A stretch of 62,821 bases of DNA, filler included, from Globobulimina sp. (Eukaryota), in the NCBI GenBank assembly GCA_003354225.1. It is 20 parts of 20 records of this genome, joined end to end, with 100 filler letters (N's around TTAATTAATTAA, not from the genome) between each part and the next. Parts side by side here need not be neighbours in the genome. Positions count along the whole stretch, not along the records: positions 9,447 to 12,494 come from PIVH01003892.1; positions 12,595 to 15,641 come from PIVH01003893.1; positions 15,742 to 18,788 come from PIVH01003894.1; positions 18,889 to 21,935 come from PIVH01003895.1; positions 22,036 to 25,082 come from PIVH01003896.1; 15 more parts are not named here. One strand, 5' to 3'. This document shows positions 9,447 through 23,804 of the stretch, piece by piece. The stretch's first letter is position 1. Every line of letters begins with the position of its first letter. A model generated the notes under the pieces. The model was not told the DNA's origin. It ran no database searches and saw only the letters and a list, made by a program, of their open reading frames with translations. The translations under genes were made by a program, and so were the position numbers.

Positions 9447-12113
9447 TGCTGAGATTGGTGCGGATGAAACTGTTTATTCACTCTTTTATTGTGGTGCGGG
9501 CGAAGCAGAAGACAGTTCCTGTGATGTTATGGATGTATTAAAAATGAAATGGTATGACAATGGTTCGTGTATTACAGATGAGGGTTTTTGGGGTGAAAGC
9601 AGTGTGATTATGAATGTGTGTTGGCCAAATTTTGCGGATAATACATCTGCGATCATCTTATGTAATGATGAGAATTATATAATTTATAGATATGATAATA
9701 TATATTGTGCACATCCATCGTTTGCCGCAATTGAATATCAATCCGGTAAATGTGTGGATGGTAACACGTTTACGATCGAATCTGGCTGTTTTTCCTGCAA
9801 TTATTGGGTCTCTACGGATGGATATGGTTATCCAATCAATCATTGCTATCAAATACAATCGGATGATGTTGAGGAATATGGGATTTATAAAGGATTTAAA
9901 TTTAAATGCAATCAGCGCTATGATGGTATATTACAAATACGATATACAAATAGCGAGTGTACTGAAGATGGGAATATTATGATTGAAGTAATGGATGATA
10001 GTCTTATTTTAGATATTGAGGTTGATGATTTATCCGATATACAATTATTAACACTTAAAATATATCACAATAACCAATGTCAACGAGATGAAAAAAATTG
10101 GTCACAAGATATAGTTATAATTGATAAATGTATGCGATTAAGTCGGGGTAACTCAAGGATGGTGACATGTTCTCTCAATTCATTCACCATACACATGTAT
10201 CAAGGTATACTGTTTATAATTATGCAATATATGTATACAGTTAATAAATACACACAGATCCGAACTGCCATCATGTCATTGACGAAACCGTAATGAACTC
10301 CGGCGACTGCGATGAAAATGGTGCAAAAACAGAGATTATAAGTTGCGGCACCACAGATTCTCCAACACCGACTCCAACGGTACATATACCACTTACTACA
10401 TCAACAACAGGCCAACATTCACGCGAAACAACACAAAACACGCCAATTGCAACAGTGCAAAACAGTCAAACTACAGACTTAGGACTCAATCCACCGCCAA
10501 CCACTCCGCCAAATAAAAAACAACCAAATTTCGCAAACGCTATAAATATAACCAGTGAATGTAGGAATTTCTTTGGCGGCGGAAACGTAAATGGCGCAAA
10601 CTGTGAGTACATAGAAGCCATTGTCTGGTTAGTCATTGCTATTGGCGTGGTATCGTTTGCTTGTTGCTGTGCCTATTTCTTTTGCAATGCCACCGCACGC
10701 AAATACTGTCTGTATGGCCGAACCAAAGATTTGGGCTCTTCTGAAGATTCGGCGAATTTCACGGGAGGCTATGAGGACGACGACACCTTTGACCATCCAG
10801 GCGGAGTATTGATAAATCCGATGGGCGTCAAACATAACAAACGCAATCGATATAACAAAGCAGTGGTAATCAGCGCCTCCGCCACGGGGCCGTCCGCAAC
10901 CGATACCGATGCAGATACGGATACGGACTTAGATGACGACGACGATGTAGATGAAGATATGTTGGATCCATTGGACGAGAATGAACATATAATAATGTCA
11001 AGTTTCACGCAGCAACTTTCCAGCTTCCATGCCGGCACTGCACCGTCGGGTTCGAATCATATTACTTCGAGTGACGATTTACGAACATCTTCGTCCGCTT
11101 TCCACCGTAATAACTCAGGCTCGAGCTCCATAAATGTAAACCACGCCATTCCCTCACATTTGATTGGCCAAACCATTGAGATTGACAATATTCCCATTGA
11201 TATTATGCGGGGCGTTGATATCTCTGCTGTGCGACAACAGCAATTCGTAAATAATGATGCTTTCCCACCCGGGCATGTGCCAAAGCACAGTGATAATAAT
11301 AATGAGAGTCGTACTGAAGCATTGCAAGAAGCGTTGCAAACTCCCAGCGAGGATGTACATGGCATCGTGGGTCATTATATTCGTAATAAATCATATTTTG
11401 ATGATAAAGATACAAAAACATCCACTGGTAACACGTCCATATCACAACCGCAGCCACAGCCAAATCAGCACGTACATTCGAGACACAATGCCATGGACTT
11501 AGCAATCAAACAAAATGCGGATATCAATGTGCTCCAATATTCGCACGACGCAGTTATCTCTGCGTGGAATGAGGCAAAGCAAACAACTCAATCGCAAACC
11601 AGAGAGATATTCCAACGCGAACGAAACTTATCAGATACGACCATCGCCCACGAAACAGGTGCAATGAAATCGGGAGCAGGTCACAGCAGAACCGATGCGG
11701 TGAATGATATGCGGGAAGTACACCATATTGACGCCATTGGAATTGATGAAATGCCAAATACGCCATTATTGAAAAATGATGCAAATCTCGTGGTGTTAAC
11801 CGGGTCCATACATGGCGCCTTATCCTCCGCCTTGGCCTATTCTGCAAACGACGAAGACGAAGATGATGAGCGGTTGGCCTCATTACCGACACAATCACAA
11901 AGAATACATGGCGCGCATCATCGGCTTGGTGACAGTTTAATCGACCCGTTGATGACAACGCCAATGTCGCATGGCGCCTTAGTTCATTCTGAGGATGAGG
12001 AGTATGACGGCACTGTCACCTCCGCCTTGGCGCACAGTGTGGAGACAATAATGACGAATCAGGACGGCAATCGCGAGAATGATGAGGATGCCGGAACTGT
12101 ACATGATTTATAA
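9447..12113 (+). CDS. Single-pass membrane protein with Cys-rich ectodomain, Thr/Pro stalk and acidic cytoplasmic tail (5' partial)
   Basis: GT-AG intron 10205-10257 joins the ORFs in frame; TM segment AIVWLVIAIGVVSFACCCAYFF. Confidence 0.7.
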
Positions 12114-12594
12114 ATTTGTATTTGTTGTTTGTAGTATTTACATAACTTCTGACGATTGTTTTATTTTACATTTTTACTAGCTTTTTTTTGACTAAATTCT
12201 AATGTGTGACTGTGAGATGTGAGAGTTTGTTTGAATATTTTTATGTTTTTTCTTCTTTCTGATTTCAATTAAGAGAAAATTGTACTTCTTTTTTTCTGAT
12301 TGATTTTAATTTTTTTTCGACCCTTTTTTTGTGCTTGGTTTGTTTTTTTCAAATGTTTTCATTTTTTTTTCATTGTGTTTTTATTACAGACGTCATATGA
12401 TATTATTAATAAATCAAACATTTAATGCAAGTTTGTATGTCTTATTTTGCATTTCTTGTTTGTTTATAGAACATTTTACCTTATACTTTTTCTANNNNNN
12501 NNNNNNNNNNNNNNNNNNNNNNNNNNNNNNNNNNNNNNTTAATTAATTAANNNNNNNNNNNNNNNNNNNNNNNNNNNNNNNNNNNNNNNNNNNN

Positions 12595-15500
12595 CGATGT
12601 AGAGAAATATATTTGCATACAAACCCCTTTAGAGATCATATACACTCCACCATAGGTTCCAAGCACTCGAACTCAAGGCGAATTCGACCGGATAAATTCC
12701 AAAGGTCTATTATATGATGTACATTTTTTAGCATATTTAATGAATCATTATTTACGTCTTCTTCTTTATAATCCTCTGCTGCGACAATATTTGTATCAGG
12801 CGACGATATCCATTCTTTTATGCTTTTTTCATATGATATCAATATATTTATTAATGGCACAACCATATCATCATAATTTTCAGCCAAATATGGTAATGTG
12901 TCATGATTTGATATCGGAGCCAAAGTGGATAATTTGCGAGCGGATGATTTATAAACAGACGGTGTGGATGGAATAAATCTTGCGGTTAACATATTTGGTT
13001 CGTATTTGCTAATTATACCATCACATTCATTAAAATCACTTGACAATGCTTTGTGTGGTGCAAATTGAATCTGCGTTTCTGATCGAAATATCATTGGATT
13101 ACCACCAAATATTGACAACGACATTAATAAATTTTGCAATTGGCCTCGATTTAATTTCTTTATATTTATGGATGTGGTCATATAATTTCGAATGAAGGGG
13201 GATATGCAAGCCGTCCATTCTTGTTTTTGCAGTAATTGCCGAATAAATAATATTGCCCGGTCACCGCTGGCCATTCTGCCGTACCAACGGTTTGCATTTG
13301 AATTGCATGACAATGAATGCGTAGCAATATCAAACATAAACTGCACCAATTCTTTAGTATTATATGTGGGCAGTAATAACTGCTCGATGTCATTGGGTTT
13401 ACTACGTAGCAATATCCATTCAATGCCGCCAATAATGGTTTGCGTATTGTAATGATTATCATTATTAATAACTCTCTTTAATATATGAAACAACGGACAT
13501 AAAATGTCGACGTCTTTAATAGGGAACCGTCGTTTAATCGACTTTAAAATATTTAATGCAATCTCAAAATTATTGACAGTCAGATAAAATAACGATTGCT
13601 GCAAACAATGCTGATAAAATAGCTCCACCTCATCTGCCCTCGATATTGGATATAAAAACATGGTCAAATTCATAATTAAACAGTCTGCCGCACCCCGATT
13701 GCTTGCATCATTGTATGCCATTTTAGGCACTTTACCGACATAAATCGGTTGATCTGCAGCTGATGAAATGCCACCGGCAATATAGCCGGTTTCTTTTTTC
13801 TTATCTAATTGGCCATTGATATACAGCTCAATCACTGACGGACGGACAATCAATAAAACATGGAGCCATTCTCTTAAATTTAAGCATTGGTCGGAATGCA
13901 AGCGTTGTGGGCCGCTACCAACTGTAACTTCCACATATATTTTTCGATCCGATTTATTCAAATAAATAACCGGATTCACATTCTTTGGTGAATGAGTGCC
14001 GCGGAGCACAATGGTTTGCATGGAATTGGTCGGATCGGTGTCGTATATTTTGATCCAAAACGCAATGCTATAATACCTTAAATCAGATATATTAATTTGA
14101 ACATCTTCATTCGGCATACGTCCATGCTGCGATATATATATTTTCATCACGTCCCGTTGGAGCACAAACTTATAGCCTTCATTAATCCGATCCAATTTCG
14201 CATTTTTTATTAACACAATCGACTCTGCAAAGATTGCATCATTCTCATTATTGGAATTCACAAGCAGTGCTTGATAATTATTGATTTGTTGTTGTAAGAC
14301 CTTGATAGCAGATAAAAACTGCAAATCATCATTGGAGGCAATCACTTGTTTCAACAATAAACAATAAAACAGCCACATATACATTCGAAAAGAGTCACAA
14401 TTATTGATAATATTCTCATTTTGTGCACTTACAATATCACACAAAGTGCAAAATATGTCGCTGCCATGGCCACCAATATTATTATGTCGCTGCATCGACC
14501 ATATGCCCAAAACAGAGGCACGCAGCGATATCGCACAGCTTTCATCCGATAAAATACTCGTTGTATCATACAATATCTCATCAAATGTGTCGGATATATT
14601 CTGGATGGTGGCGGCCGACGCACTTTCTAAGCCGCCTAATATTGGCGCAGTAGCAGTGGCGGCAGCTGTTTTAAACGAATGCTCGATATTATTAATAATA
14701 TTATTATACAAAATGAATATTGCTTTTAATATTTCCTGTTTTGCTGAAGGACAGGCCAATGACGACAATAACTCCGCAATCTGCTGCAAGCCACAACATC
14801 GTCGCTTTGCTAACCTATCTCGCTCCGCTATGCTCTGTTCAATCATAGATAACTTAACATCCGTTTTGCAGATAAAGTTCTTAATTCTGCGATAATGTGT
14901 TCGTTGTTGGTCGCTCATCACACATTTTTGTGTCAACAATGCTTTCCAATGACTCATGACACGGAACCTGCTCCGTAATGACTTCCACGAGGACGGGGAC
15001 GAGGAAGTACGCCTTGATGTTGATGTTGTGTCTATTATTATTATTTGCATTTTCTGTGTTTTCTGCATTTTATTTACACGCAGTAAAAACATGGCGCGTC
15101 GTTGAAAAGCAGGCAATGATTCTGTTGTTTTTTCAAAGTAAGCTGTTTGTCCGACTGCTAATGATTGATTCCATAATACAATCAATTCCGGCGGGGGCGA
15201 GATATCTATCTCTGACCGGGGTAACCCCTTCGATTTAATCAACAGTGCATACACGAATGCTTGGTATAGACTGTCACTTAAATACAAATACGACACAAAT
15301 GCAGTACGAATGAGGCGATGCAAATCATCATTAATCTTCGGAATAATCCTATTTTGTTTAGACGCAGAATGTAACCAATTACATAATACATTTGCTTCGT
15401 TATCGGCATTGATTAAATCTTGTATAAAGTGGTCATGTTTTTGTTTTTCTTTAATACCGTTATATAACAATGGGGAGTTTAGCAATGAATACGTTTTTTG

Positions 15501-15641
15501 CATGGCAACTGTATGAGGAGCGGAGTTGAGTGAGTTGGAGGATAATCCTTTGGCTATTAATGAGCAAATAATATTTTCTAAATTGATCAACCATTGGTAT
15601 TGTTTGACATCATCATCATTCACATTCACATTAAGAACATA
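12595..15641 (-). CDS. Internal fragment of a very large protein with a LamG/concanavalin A-like domain
   Basis: 997-aa open frame; YSIAFWIK...WLHVLLIV...IELYINGQL is LamG-like. Confidence 0.65.
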
Positions 15642-15741
15642 NNNNNNNNNNNNNNNNNNNNNNNNNNNNNNNNNNNNNNNNNNNNTTAATTAATTAANNN
15701 NNNNNNNNNNNNNNNNNNNNNNNNNNNNNNNNNNNNNNNNN

Positions 15742-16283
15742 TCGATAAAGTGTTATTGACTGAGTTTAATACCATTCAATTTGCAACCAATCATACTGTA
15801 ATAAAGAATATAAATAATAAATTATTAAACTGTTGTTGGCAAATACCACCAATCATAAATACAAGAAATTATTTTAATGGAAGGGAATTAAAATCATTTG
15901 ATTTGTGGAGTATCGGTAAATTAACATTATTTTTGTTAACCGGACAATTAATATTGGATATTTTCCCTGAAAATGTGAGAATTAGTAATTTAGCAAATGA
16001 CTTTATCACTAAATTATTATCCAATCAAATGACTGCAAAGAATGCCTTAAATCATGAATGGATGGCTGATGATAATATTAATCATGATGTAATAAATAGA
16101 GATAAAACTATTGATGTTACAATGTACAAACATCATCAACAACAATTGATAAATAAAAATAAAATTTTAGAACAGGAAATGAAAGATTTATTAATCAATG
16201 ATCAGAAAGAATTAAATGAACAAATATCAAAAATAAAAATAAATAAATTCAATGAGAAACAAGCAGTCTGTCGCTGTATTTGA
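15742..16283 (+). CDS. Protein kinase-like C-lobe fragment (degenerate) plus coiled coil
   Basis: DLWSIG, DFITKLL and TAKNALNHEW. Confidence 0.6.
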
Positions 16284-16749
16284 GAAACATTGTGTTACTG
16301 AAATTGATGGATTTTGATGGATTTATAAAAAATATAAATTAATTATTTGTGTTTTTTCATTATTTTTTTTTTCGTAGATGTTATTAATTCATAGTTTTAA
16401 TTTTTTAAAAAGCCAATCATTAGTAAATGTATTTTAAAATTAACGAACAAATTGTGGCAAGTTAGTGCAAATGAGCATAAATACAAAACATGTATATATT
16501 TTCCCAGACAGTTGACCAATGGTTATATAGTACGCAGCGCATATGACCATTGCGTATGTGACATCGTATCGATATTCAAAAGTATATGTTTTTAATCCGC
16601 ATAGCATTACCAACATTTAATAGCATTTTTTTAAAGGAGGAGGTGTCAATTAAGGTTGGTTGGTTGCATCTATTTATAGGGATATTCTCATCATTCTTGT
16701 TATCCGAATCTCCTTTTTCGTCTCGGCACAATAACTCTGTAGTCATTTT

Positions 16750-17066
16750 TCAACACTTCAGCATTGAACAACATATGCAAACACCAATAAATAATGAACA
16801 GGATTTTTTGCACAAATGCACGAGTTTAATGTTCTGCGATACAGTTTTCTCAATTTTGGTCAATTTTTTTGTAAACGTATTTTTGCCTGATTTGCTTTTA
16901 ATTCCTTGGCTCTGTCTTTTTTAATTTGGGCTTGGATTTTCTTCCATTGATCGGTTGTTAGATTTTTTAAATCCTTTTCTGGCTCATTTATGCCATATTG
17001 CGGGAATAATATTAGCAAATCTTTATCAAATACTTGGTTTTTTTGCAACCACGCTTTAAGAGACAT
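16750..17066 (-). pseudogene. Short SAM-like ORF, possibly frameshifted in an A-run near 16865
   Basis: MSLKAWL...YGI...DLKNLT..QW resembles the SAM-like segment of 7280-8551; one extra A would extend the frame (KKLTKIEK). Confidence 0.35.
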
Positions 17067-17115
17067 GGTCTTAACACTAAAACGCTTTTAACTCAAAATC
17101 AACACACAACGTATT

Positions 17116-18589
17116 TTAATGAAAAAAAGACAGAATCCATGAGCCAAACACCAGACAAAACACAATAAGCAATGTCACAGCCACAAAGGTTGCCTTTTTA
17201 GACTCATAGGTTTTGCGGTTACCAAAATACAACATTGCTGGTATGAGCCATGCGATACTGTTTGCTGCGATACCTCCAATAAAATTCAGCATCGTTCCAA
17301 TCAAATCAAATCTTTTTAAAACTGTTTCACCGATAACCACCACCAATACACAAACCAAAAAAATAATAAACGTTGGAAAATATCGCTCTTTGATGGCCAA
17401 ATCATGATTGTTATGATCAATGGTACTGACATCCAAATATTCCATGTTCAATGCTTGTGATGTTGACGATTTATAAGAAGTCCCATCGTTTGATTTAAAT
17501 GATATATCGACAAATGACCCATTATCCTGCAGCAAATGCTTTGTTTTGGAATGTTTATCATCGACACATTGGATCATTGCACGTTGATTTGCAGATTTCC
17601 AATTTTCATAATGCAACAACAACAATAAATGCTTCCTGACTTCGATGAAAAATATTGGATTGGTGAAAAATATGGATATTGCCAGACAGGATTGGGCGAT
17701 ATGCGCCGCATTGTCAGATAAAGCAATATGATCGGAATAGAATGGTGGCTGTAAATTATTGATGAGACTGTCTGAAATGGATTGGAATGAATAATATGAA
17801 GCAAATCCTAACGACAAATATATACACAATGCGGCAACAAACATTATAAAAAAAACTTGTTTGGCATCTTTTGCTTTATTCAGATTCTGATACACTGGAA
17901 GCGCCTTACAACAGTGGTAAAATATGCGTTTTGTCATTTGTTGTTGCTATAAAAACAGAAACAAAGCATACCTTAAATTGGCAGGTCCAGGTCAGGTTAA
18001 TTGCAGTTATGCCGATAAATGGATTATTTTCCTGTTTGTGTGTTGTTGGATGGCTTTCCATCGCCAATACATTGTAATACATAAAGGTTAAGAATGATGA
18101 CCAGAATATGATGGCGATTAAAGATGCGGGACGCGCTGCTTTCGTATTTTTCAATAAACATAAACAATACGTCAATAGCAAGGCGATTGCAATAAATAAG
18201 CCAAACGGCACAGCATTGGATGTCTGCATAATGTTAGTGGTCACAGTCAGCATCGTATCCAAAAACACAACAAGAACGGCTGCGCAATTTAAGACAATTA
18301 TTGTGTCCATCATTTTATTGATATATTTGACGCTGAATGTGAAGCCACATATTTTTAATGGTTTCACCAAACTCGATAGATCTTTGTTGTTTGCATGATT
18401 TGAAACTTCGACCATCAGACACAATGATAAGAATGTCAAAAATCCTAAACTCATTTCGCAAATTATGAAACCGTAAAAGCCCAAATATTTTATGCCGTAT
18501 GGACATGCGATGATGCTGATACCTCCGCCAATTACCGTATTGATCATATTAAACACGCCTCCCGCTATATTTGCAATATGTTTAGGCAT
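17116..18589 (-). CDS. Amino acid transporter (Aa_trans/SLC38-like)
   Basis: FNMINTVIGGG...PY motif; intron 17971-17905 restores WTCQFK|ALPVY; many TM segments. Confidence 0.85.
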
Positions 18590-18888
18590 TGTTTTTAATT
18601 TTAGCAAAAAGTTTTTCAAATAAAAACTGTAATTATCTCGTCTGACGTAGTGATTTAATATTTTTAAATTAATTGTCATATAACAATATGATCTGTTTAA
18701 TTATTAGTTTAATGAGTGTTGTTGGACCGTACTCAGGTTTGATTCTTCCTCATTTTAACAAACAGGTTTAATTTAATAACAAAAAGATNNNNNNNNNNNN
18801 NNNNNNNNNNNNNNNNNNNNNNNNNNNNNNNNTTAATTAATTAANNNNNNNNNNNNNNNNNNNNNNNNNNNNNNNNNNNNNNNNNNNN

Positions 18889-20978
18889 ATTGTCGCCATG
18901 GCACTGAGAGCTGGCCAGACACTGCGACTTTTCATATAAGGCCGGATACAAAATGCCTAATTCATTGATTTCATTGTTATATATTTCATTTTCATCATTA
19001 TTAATATTATAAACCATATTATTTAACAAATTGATGAGATTATTTTGATTATTTTGATTATTAATTAATTCATTAAAAACATTGAATGATTGGAATACAT
19101 TTAGTTTGTACAAAGCATTCAGAACATTATTATTCGCAAAATCATTCTCATTAAATATTCCATTATGCATTAATTCATCATATTTATTTTTTATATATTT
19201 ATTCAAATATTGTTTAAAATTACTAACATTTATCATTGACCGTTTATAATTAAAACCTTTTGGAAATAAACCAAATTTATTAAATGTTTCTACATCTTTT
19301 TGAGTCCAAAAATTAATATTTTTTTCCTTTGAGAATGTATTATTATTATTAATAAGATGATGATTATGCTCATTGCATTGCATATATTTTATTACATTTG
19401 CACAAATATTATGGTTATGGCTATGATTATGATTAAAATGGGGTAATTTGTGTGTATTTAGAAAATACATTTCATCGTTTAATGTCCAATGATATCCCGC
19501 CGAGCACCAACTCCCTGCGCCAATATTGGAGGAGGAGCAATAATTATTATTTAAGATATATTCGCTGCACAAAGTGACACTTGATTCATTTTCTACATTT
19601 ATTGCCTCTGTCTCTGCATTGCCACTGTGTTTGTCACATTTATTTAGAATGCAATATTTGCAAATATTATTATTCATTATTTCAAAATTTGAATAAATTG
19701 ATTGTTCAATGAGTGGGGGCGCATTGTCCGCAATGTATTGGTAATAGCCATATTTATTATTATTCAATGCGATTTCTTGCAAAATACGGATTAATTTATT
19801 ATATGGCGGTACTTGATTGCTTTTGGTTTTATTTAATAATTTAATAAATTCTTTATATTCGGATGGAAATCGATATCTATATTCGGATCGATATCCAATA
19901 TCAATATCAATATCAATATCAATATCAATATCAATGTCCATGTCATTTAGCATACATTTTATAAATTTATTTTTTAAATTACCGACTTGGGCACGTCTTA
20001 ATTTTGATTGATTTTCGAGTTTGCAATACAATGATTTCCACGGTAACTGGTTGGTGGATATGTCAATAATGACAAAGATGGCCGACCATAAGTCGTCGAT
20101 GGGCGATAATTGCAATTTGTTGTGTGCGGTGAGCGAGGCATAGAGTGAGGTGCCAATAAATTGTCGTTCATTGTAATGCGGATTGTATTTATAACTGCGA
20201 CTTAGGCCAAAATCGACGATATAAAGGTGATGTCTCCAATATTGTTTGAGTGGCAATACGAAGTTCGATGGTTTGATGTCGCGATGTGTAAAACCGTGGC
20301 TATGGAACTCTTTCAAAGCTAATACCATTTCAATACCAATTCTTGCGCCAGTTTGTATTCCAAAGCATTTCGTCGGACATTCCTTGCGAACATCGCTCAA
20401 ATTCTTCTCATGACACAATTCCATACACAAATAATTGCCTTGTCCGTGGCCAATATCTTTTGGTAATTTGCCAAAATCAAACACTTTGCAAATATATGGG
20501 TTTTCATTATTAAATGAGCGCATAATATTATATTCTAAAAGTAATAAATCTTTTTCTTTCGGATTTGTATCCACTTTTATTGCAATATTTTCTTGTTTAT
20601 TTTCATCAAAGCCACTAAAAACGTGACTAAATCTGCCTTTTCCTATACATTTACATATTGTATAACGTGTATTTGCTGCATGTAATTTGTATCCACTTTG
20701 TAATATCCAATGTTTATTTGTTTTTATTCTCTGACTTTTTTTCTATTTTAATATTGCAGATTTTGCGCGTTGCTGCATGTGCTTATAAAACAATTCTTAA
20801 CTTCATCATTATTATTATTATATCTTAAGCCTCCATCGTACAGTGAATGTATTGTACCTTGTTCACGAAAGTAGTCTTGCTGTTGCTGGACAGGATTGTG
20901 TTGATATTGATGTTGATGTTGATGTTGATTCGATGAATTACCATGCGATGTGTGCACATGTTTAACGTAAGGATGCAT
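18889..20978 (-). CDS. Casein kinase 1/tau-tubulin kinase family protein (3' truncated)
   Basis: Intron 20801-20743; IGKGRFSHVF, AIK, HRDIKPSNF, DFGL, FIGTSLYAS, DDLWS and LPW motifs. Confidence 0.88.
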
Positions 20979-21497
20979 GACTTAACTACAAAACTATTAT
21001 GTTGTATTATGGAATTTCTGATGAGTATAATAATTTTAGTGATAGATGTTTCAAAGGGACAAGAATCACTTTTTGTTACGCTTAGCTCCAGACGAGCCCT
21101 CAACACACAAACAAACAACGAAAGAATACCTCAAATTTATGCATTTGCCACAAAATATTCAATTGAATATGATATCAATTCATGGCATAAATCAATGTGA
21201 ATATGATACATTTGATGAAAATATGATTTCTGAGTATGAGGAGATGGAAAATGAGCGATCTATTGAATATATATTGACGCAGTGAATTAGTTCGCTGCAC
21301 TATAAATTATAAGTCATTACAAAAAAGAAAATATTTTATTTTTCCATTTGATAAACAAACGTATGACACAAATATGGGCAGTTTTTTGGCGTTGTATCGA
21401 AGGAATTATATTAATGTTGAATGGGAATTATATAAAAAGTTGATTAAGAATAAAAGGAATTGAATGATAAAAGAATAGAAATGATGAATTCAACAAA

Positions 21498-21935
21498 ATA
21501 AATGTTACAAAATGCAATTGACATTGCATTCATTTGTTTGGAATTCGCTTATTTTGCATGGGATTGCCGCCTCGTTTGCATGGTCTATAATTATAAACAA
21601 ATTTTGATGATTATTTTGTTTGTTTGTTTTTGCTCTGACTCTGACAGTTAACAGTCAGATATTACTAAAATATAAATGAAACTTTTGCATGATGACCTAG
21701 TGCATGGTCATCATTATTTTTTTTGTTTGTTTTTTCACGTTTATGCGATTAACGTTCTGCAATAAAAAAATCTTTGTGTGCAAGGATAGTGAGTAATATC
21801 TGACTGTTAACTGTCAGAGTCAGAATCAAAATTCGTTTATAATTATAGACCATGCAAACGAGGCGGCAATCCCATGCAAAATAAGCGAATTCCAAACAAA
21901 TGAATGCAATGTCAATTGCATTTTGTAACATTTAT
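21498..21935. mobile_element. Foldback/MITE-like element with long inverted arms (21498-21666 and 21792-21935)
   Basis: Perfect 101-nt inverted match (21498-21598 vs 21835-21935) plus a 33-nt inner match; a related copy lies at 40922-41003. Confidence 0.6.
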
Positions 21936-22035
21936 NNNNNNNNNNNNNNNNNNNNNNNNNNNNNNNNNNNNNNNNNNNNTTAATTAATTAANNNNNNNNN
22001 NNNNNNNNNNNNNNNNNNNNNNNNNNNNNNNNNNN

Positions 22036-22902
22036 CCATGTCAAAAATCTGGAAGGGTATTGGGGAAAACCAACTAGCGATTTTGATTGGTGTGAAGCCA
22101 ACTATCGTGTCTCGTATTATATTGCTGAACCTTGGAACACTGTCACCGGATTGACGTACATATTGGTTGGACTTGTTTTATATCCATATTACGCGCAATT
22201 GAGTACCACTCACAATGTTAATCTTGATCATTTATTGAGGTGTTTATTGCTTGTAATAGCTCTGGGTATTGGCACCTGTCTGTTTCATGCAACACTTCAA
22301 TATAAAATGCAATGTATGTAACATTTTCCAACTTACAGCAAACACATTTCATTCCATGTTTAGTATTGGACGAATTTGCAATGTATTACGTGATTTCGTA
22401 CGGATTTGCTCTAATGTACGCAAGATGTGATACTGGCAGTATTTTGTCTGATGTCTCATTGGTGTTTTCATCATTGGCCTGTGCAATTTTATGGTTCAGT
22501 GAGCGATCAGGCTTTATTCATGAAGTTGGAAGGGTTATAATTGCTGTATCATTTTCAATATATTTTTGTTATATATTTTATGTTGGAGCCACCATATCAA
22601 ATCAGTGCAAAAACAAAGTGTGCGAGAGACTGTTCAATCGATATTATGCGATCTTTATTGTTTCTATCGTGTTTTGGCTCGTTGAGAATGCATTTTGTGA
22701 TTTGTTGCAACAAGATTTGTTTATTCCGTATTTAAATTTTCATGGAACTGTGTGGCATCTTGGCTCCTGTCTGGGGATTTACTATTTGTTTCATATTTTA
22801 TTGACATATACTTTGGTTGAACACTATTCGTTGGATATTGAAGTAAAATCATTTGCATTTATTTTCCCGTATGTCACCATCCCGTCCAATAAAAAGAAGT
22901 AA
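22036..22902 (+). CDS. Alkaline ceramidase (ACER3-like, CREST family), possibly 5' partial
   Basis: GYWGKPTS.FDWCEANY..SYYIAE.WNT, FHATL|LDE (intron 22314-22363) and H...WH motifs. Confidence 0.9.
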
Positions 22903-23203
22903 TGATTTGAAATTTTCAATTTTAACTTTGTTTTTTTTAAATTAATAATATTAACATGCTTTATTTGTCTTAAAGTTTTTGAAGAAATGGAATTTTGGAG
23001 TACTACTCGATCCGATATTAGAGTGCAAGGATAAATCTATAATTATATTGACACAAAATATTAAAGCGCTACAAATAAATCACAATACGCTCAAAACTTG
23101 ATAACACACAAAAAAGAATTATATTAATCTATAATTAATAACAGTACTTTCTTCTCGGTCCCACTCCAAATTATTTGTTATGAATGGGATTAATATTTAT
23201 GTA

Positions 23204-23761
23204 TTAAAATATGTCCTCATCATTTTCCAGATTCAATGACCTGTACAATTTAAATGCATAATAACTCGACAAAGGCACAACAAACAATTCCTCGATCAAA
23301 CAAATAGTTAATAACAATACCAATTTCCATTTCACTTTATCCGATATGTAATAAATAAATATTCCAATGTTTTTAATAAATTCCAAAGCTAATAATACCA
23401 TATAAACAAACACAAATTCGGTATTCTTTGTAAATGCTCCATAAATCCCTTCAATTTAATATGTAATTATTTGTAGATGTGGCTGATGAATTGAATTTGT
23501 TTAGGTTTACTTACCTAAAAAGGCACCAGCGATACCAACAACATTTGCGTACCATATCTCAGAAAATAATAAAAATCCAGAGGTTATAATCAGTAGACAT
23601 GCACTAAACAATACTTTTTTCCTCCACACATTGACTGCAATTTGTTGCCTTTCTTCGATCTGTTGTCTTCGATCATATGCGCTCTGTAACTGATCTATAG
23701 TTCGGTCGCTATTCGAATTTAAGCTTTCTTCATCTTCGGGCGAATAAGTAAACTCTGTCAT
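23204..23761 (-). CDS. Small multi-pass membrane protein, two exons
   Basis: Two hydrophobic ORFs separated by a GTAAGT...AG intron. Confidence 0.6.
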
Positions 23762-23804
23762 TGTTCCACACTACACAGATTTTTAAGTGGTTAAGTGGTA
23801 AACA

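Noticed and set aside
11810-12040. Short internal repeats (HGAL, SALA.S) in the membrane protein tail
   Set aside because: Ordinary intragenic duplication in a disordered region.
19895-19945. (ATATCA)n tandem repeat
   Set aside because: Ordinary coding microsatellite giving DIDIDI in the kinase.
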